This document shows, piece after piece, positions 14,101 through 29,100 of a stretch of DNA of 64,000 nucleotides. The stretch comes from Phoronis australis (taxonomy: Eukaryota > Animalia > Phoronida). Every line of letters starts with the position of its first letter. Position 1 is the first letter of the stretch. The notes under the pieces were generated by a model. The model was not told the origin of the DNA and did not search any database. It saw only the letters and a list, made by a program, of their open reading frames with translations. The translations under genes and the position numbers were made by a program. The stretch is taken from assembly GCA_002633005.1 (NCBI GenBank), contig NMRA01000470.1, positions 268,219 through 332,218 on the forward strand, given 5' to 3'.

Positions 14101-17100
14101 CATTTGGATGTAGTAAATGCTTCATTGAGTTATAACAGATCTTAAAAGGTAAAACTTTGGCTAAAATATTGGTCTATTTGCAGAGCAACTTTATATCTGT
14201 CATGAAACAATGTAAACTGGTCTTGAAATCTTATTTTGGCTGGCCTTAACTAAAAGCAGAAGTTAGTAATATTGTGTGTCTTGTGAAGTGTGCTTGGAGT
14301 GTGCCCAGGCCTGAGTCAAGGCCTAGGGCCAAGTATATTTTCCACTGAGCCTCAAACCATGGATACATAAGTTATGTTATATAATGCATATTTGGTGGTT
14401 ACAAGTTCTTATGATGGCTCTCACCTTGTACAGTATCCCAAGTCATTTTAAATACTTACCTACACGAAACTTTTGTTATCCATTTTTGTAAGATGGCTCA
14501 TTTTGGTTTGACCCCATCATCAGCATTATCCACAGGTGAAATTTTGTGGTGGTTTTATGGTACATAATCAGGTGCAGGGCTGGAATTACTACCAAGCAGC
14601 CTAAAGCAACTCGCAAAGAGGAGTGATTAATACAAGCTGTGGCCCTAATGGAACTGTCGCCATGGTCACTTGTCCCATTGGTGCCCTGGTTGTGGTAAAA
14701 CAAGATTTACAATTTTGGTTCAACCAGAGACTGTGGTTGTGATTTCCCAGCAGGCAGGGGATTGAATATGTCACCATGTTTACGCTTGGTGTCAGCAGTG
14801 TTTGAAATTTTCAACACCTTGTTTAGGAAGTGAAACCTAATTTCAACCCTTTGTTTGGCTGTTTGACAGTTAATTAGCAGCTTAAGTTGGTGTTGAACTT
14901 GAACTTGAACTCATAATTCAGGTCTTCTCAGGTTGTTTTGGTAAATGTTTTAATTTCCAGGAAGTTATTTTTTATTGTCTCACCTCAGTGGTTTTTGTAC
15001 TTCCTTGATTATAAAAAGTTTATGATCAGTGTCATTCTTCAACAGATGTGCTTTTTTGTTTATTGATGTCGGTCTATTGAGAGCATGTCGGCTACGCTAA
15101 TGTAACAAAAAGCACATTTTGCGAGTCTCGAGTCTCGCATGATTTTATATTGTTGCCGCTACCTTTACCGATAAATTTGACGACGCTTCGCTTTTAGTGT
15201 TCCCAAAGCTTCGCTTTTGAATCCTACTATCATAATTTTAAGCAAAGTTTCGCTTGCAGATTAACTACCAGAGTTAACTTGTGCCACTTATTGAAACTTC
15301 GATAAAAGAAAAGTTTCACTTATAACGGGAAAGCGACATAAACTGAGTGAGGAACCAGAGAAGTAATAACATAAAATTTAAAACAGTAAATGCTCTAAAT
15401 CAAAGGTTGTTTATGAAGGAATCAGGGGCCTAATGAAGTTAAATTTAGTCTTTTTGTGTACTAGAATCTATTTTGCTGCATCGTGAATTGCTAATTCCTA
15501 ATAGTTCTAAATAGTTCTAGTATACTTGATATCTATAATTTTAAGCATAATTATGCATGCAACCATAAAATGATAGCAGTAGCTAGTTATATATATATAT
15601 ATATCAGTCTGAGATTGTAACCTAATATCATAATATCCTTGAAGTTCCCTTATAACACTTAAATAGATCTTGTTTCAATTTTACCACATACTCAAGTTCT
15701 AATTAGATAACTCATGTTAACTCATAGCTATTTACATAGCTCTGCTTGGAAAGCCAAACTGTCCTGACTGTGTCTGTCACCTTCTGAGGCAGACAACTCT
15801 ATCGATCTGATAACACAAATATTGACTTTTTCTCACCAGTCTTCAAAAGTTAAACCACAATTGAATTCCCCTGCTTCCAACAACCACACTCATGTGTTTG
15901 CAGACTGTCTTATGAGCCCAAACACAATTCATTAGCCATTTCCCTAGAAACCACTTGAATGAGTCATGTCACCAGTAAGGCATGGCTCATCCTCAACAGC
16001 CATTTTTCCTGTCCTGGCTCCAGTCCTTGATAAGGATCATCCTTATATGACAAACCAAAAAGCTGTGCTCCTTATGTAATGAGGAGGTTGTGCCTGTAGC
16101 TTGTTGGCTAGACATAAGGATGGTATACACTTCCGCTAATTATCCACTTATTTACCACAAAATATGGTGGACAGTCTCATTTCTCCACTCAAGTAAAGGT
16201 TAACTAAATTTTAGTCCATCGCTGGCATGGATTGTACAAGGTAGATGATGTAAAACAGCTTTTTGGTTGATTTTCCATTATTTTATGTAAAGTAATTTGC
16301 GGGATTTTCCGTATAGAAGCCCATAGGCGTGTTTTCGGAAAATGAAAATTTTCAGGCATTTTAGTAACCCCAAATAGTCACCCGGGCGTTTATTTGGAAA
16401 AGGGTCGCGTGTAAACAAAAAGTCATATTTTTGGCTATGCAAATGCCTAGATAAGAGGTTTCCTGGCTTTGACAATTTTTACTTAAAACAGTGTGTTGTG
16501 TTAATAATTGCATAGTTTGCCACCACTGTTCGTTTTTGTAAACGATAAATGCTCCACCGAACTGAATTTGTGACTAAAAGTTGATGCTGAGGGGGCTTTA
16601 TGAGGACATTTTCCAAATGAACGCCCCCATTATCTGGACTCTTGACACTAGAAGTTGTAACACCAAGCACCCATGGAGGTTTCTTTGGCATAATTTTCTG
16701 AATAAACGGCAATGGGTGTTCATGGGTGAGCTTACCTACCGAAAATCCCGGTAGCCTTTGAAAATGGTAAATGACAATTTTGTCAATTATTTTTGTAAAA
16801 AATATTTGGAGAATCACCATAATTCTTCCCTGCTGTTTTTATTAGAATGCTTAATTAACAAGGAAATCTAACTCCGACAGATTTTTTGGGTCCATGAATG
16901 TTTTACCTTGCTAGGGCTGATGTACAAAAAGTTTGCATAGAAATGTTGCTATGTATCAGCTGATTCCAAGGACAGACTAAGAGAGCCCTCTTCCAACAAA
17001 TGTTCTTTGCCAGGACAGTACTGTTTGTTTACCTTGCCTCAGAATTCCTCACAAAACAACCTCACAGCTTCATCTGATTCAGAACTGTTGACAGATGTCT

Positions 17101-20100
17101 GATTTCTGTGAAAGTGATCAAGAGAGAGATTACTTAGATCATCCCCTACTCAGCCACATGTAGAAAGCAATTGACATGCTTTACCTTGAAATAGTTTTAG
17201 ACATATCGTATTTATGTTTACATAAGGTTAGCTCTAACATGGAAAAAGGTTATGAATCATGAAAATCTAATTTGTACATGGCGTTAAAAAGAGTAATTTT
17301 GGACATGAATGATTTATAAGTGAGCGTATTGTCTAGGGAGTGAAAATGTCAATTTTTAATCATGTCCAGATTGTCTGCTATGAACCTGAACATGTGGGTA
17401 GTAAGTCAAATTCTAACTGGATTTATTTGTGCAAGACTTATTAAGGACCAAGTCAGAGGAGGTTAGATTTAGTGAGTAGATTTGCTTACTATTTGCTTCA
17501 ATAGTTTAGTAACTATTTTTTGTGACTCTTAAAAGCTACATTTCACCCTGTTTAGCTGCTCAAAATCAAATTAGGTCTCTTACTCTCATAAATTAGGAGT
17601 CATAATATTCCTTATGGTAACAGGATTCCATTTCTCTGACCAACAAGCATATTACAGCTGGACACCCCTATTGATAATAGTGGTTTGCTCTCCAAGGAAC
17701 TTGTACTTTCAGACCTGGCGTGCGTTCAGTAGACGCTAGGACCTACGCTAGGACCTAGCCAAAAGCTAGTCAAGGTCACGTGCTCTTATTTAAAATACAC
17801 GGCAATATCTCGCGTAATCTCGCAAAGTCTTGCTTTTAAGCTAGGTCCTAGCGTTACTGAACGGGAGGCTGAACTCAATGCAACAGTTCAATACTCCTGT
17901 TAGTTAACATGAGGCTAAATTTTAAAAGTTGTGGCCATGTCCATTACCCAACAATGTTAGAACTCATTGAAAAATAAGAGAAAAACATGTAGATTCAACA
18001 AATTGTGTTCTAAAAAGGCGGAATTTTACCATAGAAGCTCATAATTTCTGTTTGTAGATATTTTTTGTAAATTTGACCCTAAGATGTTACACCGTGCCTG
18101 GAAAAAGTTGAGGTATGGTAATATCTCACTAATTTCAAGCAAAAATAATTGCCAAAATGGCTCTTTTATCATGTTCTAACATTGTTGTGAATGCCCTCAG
18201 CTTATTAAAATATTGTCTGATGATAGCTACAGTGCAGACGTTGGACCTGAAAAAGCATTACTTTTAGGGTAACTGTGGTATATAACATTGTCTGCATTTT
18301 GAGATTCAGTTTTCTCCACTGAATAACGGACACCAAACTGGTTCTCAAAGTGTTGACATATTGTATATCCGACTATTACCTTACATTTGTACTAAATTTC
18401 CTTCACGAAAAAACAATAAAGCGGGAAATGAAATTTCGGCCATGTTGTTTCCTAAATTGGCTTGGATATGCCAGCTTGTCAGGTGGTGACGGGGCTTGGT
18501 ACCATTATTTTCCCTGTGTGAACAAGCTTGCTTTCTCAGTGGTAGCTCTCACACGTCTTTCGCGCTGAAAATATTCATGTCAACCTTTCATTCATTGACG
18601 TATTTTTGTGAACTTTCCCAACTCTGAAACTATTAATTGCCTGTCTAGCACATAAAAGCGGTTGTATAATCAGAACATTTTCTTTACAGCAAATGTTTAT
18701 TAATTCTAAATAGGAACATGGCAGTTCTTATTGTCCTGCTTACAAATTGGTTAATAATGACGTGTGAATTTGCAAGACAGGCCTATTGACATTGTGACTG
18801 GCACTGGTCTGTTCTAGTTCTGAAAACTGTAAGAAGTATTTTCTGACATGTGATTACTATAGGTTGTGTTCAATTTGGAAGAAACAATTGCTTAGCAAAC
18901 CATGTTCAACATTTCATTTCGATAAAATTGAAAATATTGTGTACTGATATACAGTGGTAGTTTGTAAAATGAGTATCTTTTAAAGGCCCCTTCCCATACA
19001 GTTAACTTCACTAATCAAAGCCTTGAAGTTAAGCGTTAATGTTCCCATCATTACCTGAGTTATAGTTCAGTGAAGATATTGCAAGGTGTCGCTAATATGA
19101 CCTTTGGTCATGTGGCCTTGCTGTTTTTGACAGTGCGTGCAGTCAAAAATGGCAAAGACCTCTCTCTCTCCCCAGATGAAAACTAGAACGTCAACTTCAC
19201 AAGGTAGCCACCGATTGCCACGTTGGGGCGATGGCGATGCAGTAGAAAACAATTTGACTCTGGCGCAGGCTAACAACTGATCTAACAAAGGCAGTATGTT
19301 GTGGCNTTAAATCGATTGGTTATCATTAAAGCCAAAAATAAGTAGTTATTAGTGACGGCACTACTCTGTAACTGTTGACGATAACAGTGGCACCTGGCGA
19401 TAACTTCGATTGGACCGGAGTTAAGCGTTCATACTGCACTGCAGCGTCGACGCTGCGGACTTAAATCCACCTATTAACTGCGATGTTAACTGGAGCTCTT
19501 AACTGCGATCCAGGACCGGAGTTGAGCGTTCATACTGACCGCAACTCCCCAACCCATCGACGCCGCGTTGACGTTAGTATGAAAGGCCTTTAAGAGAGCC
19601 CTCTTCCAACAAATGTTCTTTGCCAGGACAGTACTGTTTGTTTACCTTGCCTCAGAATTCCTCACCAAACAACCTCACAGCTTCATCTGATTCAGAACTG
19701 TTGACAGATGTCTGATTTCTGTGAAAGTGATCAAGAGAGAGATTACTTAGATCATCCCCTACTCAGCCACATGTAGAAAGCAATTGACATGCTTTACCTT
19801 GAAATTGTTTTAGACATATTGTATTTATGTTTACATAAGGTTAGCTCTAACATGGAAAAAGGTTATGAATCATGAAAATCTAATTTGTACATGACGTTAA
19901 AAAGACTAATTTTGGACATGAATGATTTATATGTGAGCGTATTGTCTAGTGAGTGAAAATGTCAATTTTCAATCATGTCCAGATTGCCTGCCATGAACCT
20001 GAACATGTGGGTAGTAAGTTAAATTCTAACTGGATTTATGTGTGCAAGACTGATTAAGGTCCAAGTCAGACGAGGTTAGATTTAGTGAGTAGATTTGCTC

Positions 20101-23100
20101 ACTATTTGCTTCAATAGTTTAGTAACTTTTTTGTGACTCTTAAAAGCTATATTTCACCCTGTTTAGCTGCTCAAAATCATATTAGGCCTCTTACTCTCAT
20201 AAATTAGGAGTCATAATATTCCTTATGGTAACAGGATTCCATTTCTCTGACCAACAAGCATATTACAGCTGGACACCCCTATTGATAATAGTGCTTTGCT
20301 CTCCCGGCAAGGAACTTGTACTTTCAGACCTGAACTCAATGCAACTGTTCAATACTCCTGTTGTTAACATGAGGCTAAATTTTAAAAGTTGTGGCCATGT
20401 CCATTACCCAACAATGTTAGAACTCATTGAAAAATAAGAGAAAAACATGTAGATTCAACAAATAGTGTCCGAAAAAGGCAGAATTTTACCATAGAAGCTC
20501 ATAATTTCTGTTAGTAGATATTTTTGTTGCACCGTGCCTGGAAAAAGTTGAGGTATGGTAATATCTCACTAATTTCAAGCAAAAATAATTGCCAAAATGG
20601 CTCTTTTATCATGTTCTAACATTGTTGTGAATGCCCTCAGCTTATTAAAATATTGTCTGATGATAGCTACAGTGCAGACGTTGGACCTGAAAAAGCATTA
20701 CTTTTAGGGTAACTGTGGTATATAACATTGTCCGCATTTTGAGATTCAGTTTTCTCCACTGAATAACGGACACCAAACTGGTTCTCAAAGTGTCGACATA
20801 TTGTATATCCGACTATTACCTTACATTTGTACTAAATTTCCTTCACGAAAAAACAATAAAGCGGGAAATGAAATTTCGGCCATGTTGTTTCCTAAATTGG
20901 CTTGGATATGCCAGCTTGTCAGGTGGTGACGGGGCTTGGTACCATTATTTTCCCTGTGTGAACAAGCTTGCTTTCTCAGTGGTAGCTCTCACACGTCTTT
21001 CGCGCTGAAAATATTCATGTCAACCTTTCATTCATTGACGTATTTTTGTGAACTTTCCCAACTCTGAAACTATTAATTGCCTGTCTAGCACATAAAAGCG
21101 GTTGTATAATCAGAACATTTTCTTTACAGCAAATGTTTATTAATTCTAAATAGGAACATGGCAGTTCTTATTGTCCTGCTTACAAATTGGTTAATAATGA
21201 CGTGTGAATTTGCAAGACAGGCCTATTGACATTGTGACTGGCACTGGTCTGTTCTAGTTCTGAAAACTGTAAGAAGTATTTTCTGACATGTGATTACTAT
21301 AGGTTGTGTTCAATTTGGAAGAAACAATTGCTTAGCAAACCATGTTCAACATTTCATTTCGATAAAATTGAAAATATTGTGTACTGATATACAGTGGTAG
21401 TTTGTAAAATGAGTATCTTTTAAAGGCCCCTTCCCATACAGTTAACTTCACTAATCAAAGCCTTGAAGTTAAGCGTTAATGTTCCCATCATTACCTGAGT
21501 TATAGTTCAGTGAAGATATTGCAAGGTGTCGCTAATATGACCTTTGGTCATGTGGCCTTGCTGTTTTTGACAGTGCGTGCAGTCAAAAATGGCAAAGACC
21601 TCTCTCTCTCCCCAGATGAAAACTAGAACGTCAACTTCACAAGGTAGCCAACGATTGCCACGTTGGGGCGATGGCGATGCAGTAGAAAACAATTTGACTC
21701 TGGCGCAGGCTAACAACTGATCTAACAAAGGCAGTATGTTGTGGCTTGAACTTGCTTTGCGTGTACTGCATGTTCAGCGATTTTCTTTCACCGTAAGGAA
21801 TCCAGCAAATTCATGGATAAATATTGATAAAAATATTAACAAATAGTAACCAGTCACCAACACCGCCTGCTGTTGGCAAACACAGGCAGTGACCCCAGCC
21901 GATAACTCTGACAGCATTGAAGGTAATTGTTCCTATTGTAACGAAGCGTCGACGCTTTGCTGTTAAGTCCATCTCTTTACTTCAGAGTTAACTTACGTCG
22001 CTAACTTCGATTCAAGACCAATGTTAAGTGTTCCCATTGGCCGAAGCTTCGACAACACATAAGCTTTGGAAGCAGTGGGAAAGGCCTTATAGGCGTTCTG
22101 AGCTATAGGAACATTTTAAGCTATAGGAACATTTTCTCCTCTTTTCAGAACATATCACTCTTATACATTATGTGAGAATGGGGACTTGGTAAACTGGCTA
22201 GTTGTGTTGATTTGTTGGAAATGAGGAAATTTTCCAACCCGTGTGACTCACTGTTCGATTGATGGTAGTCATTCATAGGATTATACCTAGCTATCGATTA
22301 GCACATGCCTTAGCAAGATCTGTAATAACTTAAGACACAGAAGACATGCCCATCCACTGTGGGTGTCTATAGTTATAACATCGGCTAACTACTGACTTCT
22401 TATCATCAAATATGGACTGAGTTGTTGCCACAGAAGTTAGTTTCCTTCACACAGTTCACAATAAAAATGTAATCCCATAGTCTGAGCAATGAACATGGGG
22501 TCCTATGGTATGAGCAATGAACATGGGGTCCTATGGTATGAGCAATGAACACGGGGTCCTATGGTATGAGCAATGAAGGGCTCTCAATATTATGTATTTG
22601 TGGACCATAATAGGCCAAGATGTACTAGCCATCACTGATAAAGTACTGGTGAAAGGTGATGTTTGCTTAAGTGGTTTTCTTATATTGGCAGTCACATGAT
22701 CCATGACCTCATGATGACATCACATCCCCCACTTTTTATTTCCGAGTGCATGTTGTTAATGTTTGGATAACAATATTTGATATGTGTATTTTATGAGTTA
22801 TTTCCTTCCATATCAAAACTGACATTATGTGCAAGGAGGCAACTCAGATTTCATTCCCTCTCATTTTTCCAACTACAGAGAAATCTATTTTGGGTGTTTA
22901 TGATTTTGTAGAGTACTCATGATATTGTTAGACTAATAATTCTTTCTTATACGAGAATGTTGTTCTTTTCCTATGTTGTTACTGATGATATTGCTAATTT
23001 GTTACTACCGTAATCGTTCGGGTTAACGCCCATGCTCAGTTAACCGCCCATCCCCGACTTTAAGTGGATTTTCGATTTAACCGCCCACTGCTCAGTTAAC

Positions 23101-26100
23101 CGCCCTCCCCCGATTTTGTGGATTCGCCAATTTAACCGCCCAGGGCGTTAACCCGAACGATTACGGTATATGAAACTTACATGGTTGTTTTACTTGTTTG
23201 ACAATGAGAATAGAAAACGTCTTGAAATGTTATTAAACAGTTTCAGTTGTTGAGTTTTGGTTTTTGTATAGGTCCTTTCTTGAAAATCATAGGTTTTGTT
23301 GGTTTAATTTATGTGCCTTTTACTGCCCATTTATGTCATTAATATCCTGTCTTACGCTTTTAGTATGATTTGAATTTTCATAATGCATACATCTGAGTTG
23401 TACTCCACTTCCTAATGTCAAAAAATTACATCACCCCCACACCTCCTTATGAATAATTACATGTGGTCCTGAGGTGTGAGGCAATACCAAGAGGTCACAA
23501 TCTTCCTATGTTATCACTCTGGTGCTAAGTGACCCGCTTTGAATAATCTTTTATATTCCCCATCCTGTTTTGTGAGTCTCCATTCAAATCTGAGTCAAAC
23601 ATGAACAGTTAATCATCAACAGACCTGGGTCAACATGGAGAGAGGGGCACAGTTGTTGATTTAGTCGGCTGTTCAATCTTGACACTTGAAAATAAGTCTT
23701 GTGCCTTTAGAGCAGTGGTCATCTGACATATCAGAATAGGTCTTTGAATGAACTCCTCAGGAGAACAGCATATCAAATGGCTATAAAGGTTTTACTAAGG
23801 TCTCGGCTTTGGCTGCTCTTGCAAGTGGTATCAAGTGAATGAGACACATTCATCGCTTTAACATAGTATAGTAAAATCCCGCCAACTTAGAACACAATGT
23901 GTAGATAAGTGAAATTCTATTTTTCCATTTTTCATCAAAGAGAAGTTGTTTCAAATACATGTATCATAACTATCATCAGACAATGTGTTGAGAAATTGTG
24001 GGCGTTCTCAAGTCAACTATTATAAGCCTTTGAAAAGTAATGAATCGTGATTCTTTACTCGAAATTGGTGAGATTTTACCCAAATTTTGTTCAATATTTA
24101 GAAAACATGCTACTTGTGCTTGAGTTTTCTGTCTTATTGAAAACTAATTGTGAAGTTCAGCCACATTTTCTTTAGATCTCTGCACTGTCAACATTTACCA
24201 AAATATGTATTTTTGGTTTGTTTAATAGGACAAGTTAGTATTTATATTTCTACAAGGCTCTGACTCAAGTACGGCAGTATTCATTGATTATTTCAGCAGT
24301 CACTGTTGTAGCAAAGTTCATTGTACTTTGTACTAGTTGGAAACTGACAATCATTATACTTTGAAAAAACGCATTGTGTCTCTTTGAATTGTACTGTGTC
24401 ACATACAAATTAATTTTAAAAACAGCTTATTTTAGACCATGATTAAATTCAACAGCCATTGCAATTTAATTGGGAATTCATGCACTTTACACATATACTG
24501 TAGACTGTAATCAAATGATCCATTCTAACATGCTTAACTCACCAAGGACATTCTATGAAAGTATTGACTGTGCTATAGTACTATAAGCTCTTTAATAATT
24601 CATACCAGGATAATTTGTTATGTAACTGGATTAATTAGCACCAATAAACAAACACAAGTCACACTTCTCAACTGTTGATTTAGCCCCCAGCATTCAGAAC
24701 ACCATCAAGTTATTAATTGTGGCAGACCTGTGCTGTGCCAACAACATGGTATTGTGACGCACATTGCAAGTCTTTTCATTGGCTCCTTCTGACCCCAAAT
24801 AGGTTTTGTGTGTGTGTCTTTTCAATATACCCACTCTGAGTGGGTTGGTTGCCAGAATTAAGATGGCTGAATAGAGCACCCAGGCTTCACTGTAAGGCTT
24901 TCACATCCAGGCTACTTTATACACAATTAGATGAAGGATCTTATGCCAATTCAGTTTGGTCATCAAGGAGTTTAATATTCTGTGAAGGTTTTCTACAGTT
25001 TGTGACTGTTTGTGTGATTCACTGAAGATTTATACCCCATATATGGACAGGTTTTGGATTTTACCTATAGGCTAATCAATGGACTGTGGTAACCTACTGT
25101 TCTAACACTGTTGATCTTGGTTATTCTGCCACCTACCTTCTTGGATTACATCTTACGGACATTTTTTTGACCCAAGGGTGATATCGATATTGATATACGT
25201 ATAAGTTTGAGTCACCACTGAACCGGCTTTGTCATCGGTGATAAACGTGTTTGTTTGATTCGAAGATAGTACCAGTAATCTTCGCTCACACAATTGCGGG
25301 GACTTGTCCAGTTAGTGTTGACAGAGATTACAGTAGAACGCGCAATGGAACGGTTTATATCAGCTGTTGTACTCGCTGTATTGGTGAACCTAGGTAAGTT
25401 GTTCTAATTAGTCAGGTGACTGAACTGTTACAGTACAATGATACAGTGTAAATAAAAGGATTTTGTACCATACTTTAACATTTTTGTGTATATATTTGAA
25501 CCAGTCTCGTATATACTCCAATTGCTGTTTATGACTTCATATAAAACTTTAAAGCTAAAAAAATGCCATGTAGGAACAATTATGTACACCAATAAGTCCT
25601 TTGTGGCGATGATTGTTTGAAAAAATAAGAATTCATGTGTAGATAGGGCTTCAGGAAGCCCCTTAGCAATGATTCTCATTTTACTCTTTCTTTCATATAC
25701 TGGTTAGTACTCTAATTTACTGTTCTGAACATTCCATTACTGTAGGTTAGAGCTATCATATGAGTTGTCTGTCCAGTATTCTCAAAGGATAAGACTAAGA
25801 AGTGTGTTGCTGTACATTGCACATTTTGTTGATGACATGTTTTGTGATACTATGTCGCATATATATATACAAGAATGGCAATTATCATTGAAGAACAAAT
25901 TAGCCTCAAATGTGATAACTTGTGTTTAATTGAAATGTTAGTATTATACCGCTGTGGGTTTAGGGAAGGACTACTGTACTCAATTATTTTTAAAATTAAA
26001 TTTCACGTTAGAGACATATAAATTCCGGTTTACAAAATATTTCAGTGGAAATTTTGTTTGTTATTACCGCATGTCATCAGCTTGAGAATAGGGCCGTCCC

Positions 26101-29100
26101 GAATTACACAGCGACACTCGGTGTATTTACCCACAATGCCGTAAACATTTGTGAGGCACATTTGCTGGCTCGTTTTCGTGCCACTGGAGTTTCATATTAT
26201 ATGTTATTTGTTGTATGATTCTTTACATGTTTTTCTCTGTTGCATTACTATTTGTCGTCATTTCAATGCCAACAGAAGTATTACTGCTGTGCTGTGGGCT
26301 GCAAGTCTGACGTGAGAAAGTTTGATAAATACCCATGGGTGTGTGATGTGAAAAGCTTCGCCTTCCTGATATCAATGAGAGACACGAAATGTGCCTGACT
26401 TCCAAAACGAGGTCACGCCCTTTCTTATCTCCGGGACGAAGTAGAGTTCTATCGCCATGTAATCCGGAACGTCCCTATTGTGTTAGAACACTGTACCGAA
26501 GAGTACAGATAGGCCATTTCGAATTTGAACCCTCATAAAGGTGGTTTCAGTTCTTTCATGTGGGGTTGTGGTAACTTCTATGCTTGCTCAGATGTGTTTG
26601 TGTATGTTCAAAATCTCAAGTCTCTCAAGGCAGGACGAGGGTTAGTTTAATTTCGTACTCTACATTTCACAAGATCTTGCCAAACTACCAGTCATACAAT
26701 ACATGCACGCCTTGAATATATGAGCATATTAGATTGCGTGACAGTTGCTTTTCAACCTGTGCCCAGCAGCAATATGACCTAAATGGTGTAACATCTGTGA
26801 GACACATGTACGTTTTCCACACAAGTTGGATATGAGCTGTGTCCGCTGTTGCCATTTCCTTTGTGCATTTTGCCGATAATACTGGATTGACTACTGGAGG
26901 ATTAGGTGATAATCTAGAATAGACCAGATTCAGGTCATGGTAGTAAACCAGTTACTAGGTTTCCTATCTCACCCTTATCCTTACAGCCAATGCACCAGCA
27001 TATATCCTATTTATGATGTGTATCAATAGTCATATGTTGATTGTAATATGCTCATTGCAATGATACAAATTTGCACATGAAACACAGACTTCTAAATAAC
27101 ATAATGCTAGTCTGATATGAATTAGTTACTTATTCTAAACCTGTCCCATCTAATTACCATGCAGCCTAAAAGTGTCACAAAAATATATTACAAAACTTCC
27201 ATTTCTATTTCTTAACTATGTTTTCTATTGATTCTATATTACTCACACCAATTTTCAAAGAACGAAACCCTTGTAAGTGAATACTTGTAAGTGCTACAAA
27301 AGATGAATGCCATGAAACTGAAACTTCTTGATATTATTCATTGGCCTCGTGCATTAATTTTCATTCTGAGTCATTCAAACCAGTTTTAGTTGTGCTAGTC
27401 TTTCTTTATCCACTTTCAGATGCTTTGAACTTTACACATCATGGATTTAAGCCCCTTTCATACTAACATGGTGATGTCAATGTCTTGGGGAGTTTCAGTC
27501 AGTATGAACCATTGACTTCGGTCTAGGATCGAAGTTAACAGTGACAGTTAACTTCATAGTAAATAGGTGGATTAAACAGCGGAGCGTCGAGGCTGCGATG
27601 CATTATGAAAGGTCAACTTCAGTCTCATCGAAGTTATCACAAGGGGCTACTGCTATCGTCAACACTTAAAGGGCAGTGTCATCACGGATAGTTGCTTATA
27701 TTTTGCTCGAATAATCCCCAATCGAATTAGAATTAAGTTCTATGTAAATTAGCACCCATAAATGTTTTCAAATTAAAAAATCTCTTAGTGTGCACAGGAT
27801 GCATCAGCGCTACACTTTGATGGCGGCAGTGTCATCTACTGTTTACCTCGATGCCGTTAACTACCAAAGGTGGTATGAACGATTCAGTTAACTTCACAGT
27901 TTACATCGACGCTCCGCTCGTACCGGAGTTAAGTTAGTATGCTTTAGACTGGTCCTCTCCAGGCAGCTCGCGCAGGACTAAAAAGAAAGAAAAAACAAAC
28001 CATGTTTGCATATCATTTTTGAACATTGTGAATGTTTACCTGGAAATTGTGGTGTACACCCTTTGCAACTTATTCAAGCTGCCAGTGGTTCATATCTCAA
28101 TATGCTTTTGCCCTCTACCAAAGTTGCAGATTGACAGTGCAGACTGTGTTTTGACTTCAAGAGTGTGTCATATGAGTCTTAATGAACTGTAAATGATTAG
28201 GGTACTTCTGCCTAAGAAGAAATGGACAATTTTATGACTACATGAACTTACCCTAGTAATGGTTGGTCGTGACTATTCGTAGTTCTTGTTCTTGTAAAGA
28301 CTCTCATGTCTTTAATTAGTTCACTATTGACAGTATTTGATGTCGCAAACGCTACAGTAAATCTCACTTTATTTATTTAGATTAAAATATGGCGGATATG
28401 TGAAATTTTGTCACCCAATTTTTTCATTAAAATCCAGTTGCACTAAACCATTGCTTTACAAGTTTTGAGTTTAATTCTGTGGCTAATGCAATTGTATTAT
28501 GTGTCCTGAACAATAATACAAATGTACAACCGTGTCGGATCTGAGGATACATGATGAAAAAGAAAATGTTTAGCTGCCCTGGCATTATAGGGACAAGGGA
28601 TAGAGGAATGAAAATGATAAAAATTGGGGTGAAGTTGGTGAACCGTAATTAACTTTCATTACTGGTACCAAGCGGATTTGGACAAAGCCGAATGTTATCT
28701 TAAAAATTAACCACATTCAATACAGAGGTTGCCGCCTTTTTTCACAGCATCCTAACAGTAATAGGATGTGGCGTGTCCACGACACATGGGACAAGTGATG
28801 TTTTTTATTACTTCCAAGTGAGAGTGGAGCCAGAGGGATTGTGTTGCACTCCAGTACAATGTGTTTGTTGCTGCGACGTCACCGGAAACGTTCAACGAAT
28901 ACTAAGGAAATGTCCGTTGAAGTAACACCTGGATAAACATTTGATGGTTGTCACCTTATTGTTTTTTTGTTGTCCCAGGTAAACTTCTAGGTATTGTGAC
29001 TGGTGTGGGACACCATTGATCTGAAAGGGTTGGTTATGGAAAAGAAAGGGTTATTTGTTAAGGGGATGTATTGGTGTGTTCAAATACATCGGCTATAATT

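Larger units (their letters stand above)
16978..21745 (+). repeat. ~2.2-kb duplication (16978-19305 and 19591-21745) straddling a single n (probable haplotypic assembly artefact)
   Basis: Near-identical copies with duplicated ORFs at 18350/20790 and 19067/21507; n at 19306. Confidence 0.92.

Noticed and set aside
18350-21728. Duplicated ORFs 18350/20790 and 19067/21507 as nested genes
   Set aside because: They overlap MITE sequence and are duplicated only because of the probable assembly artefact.
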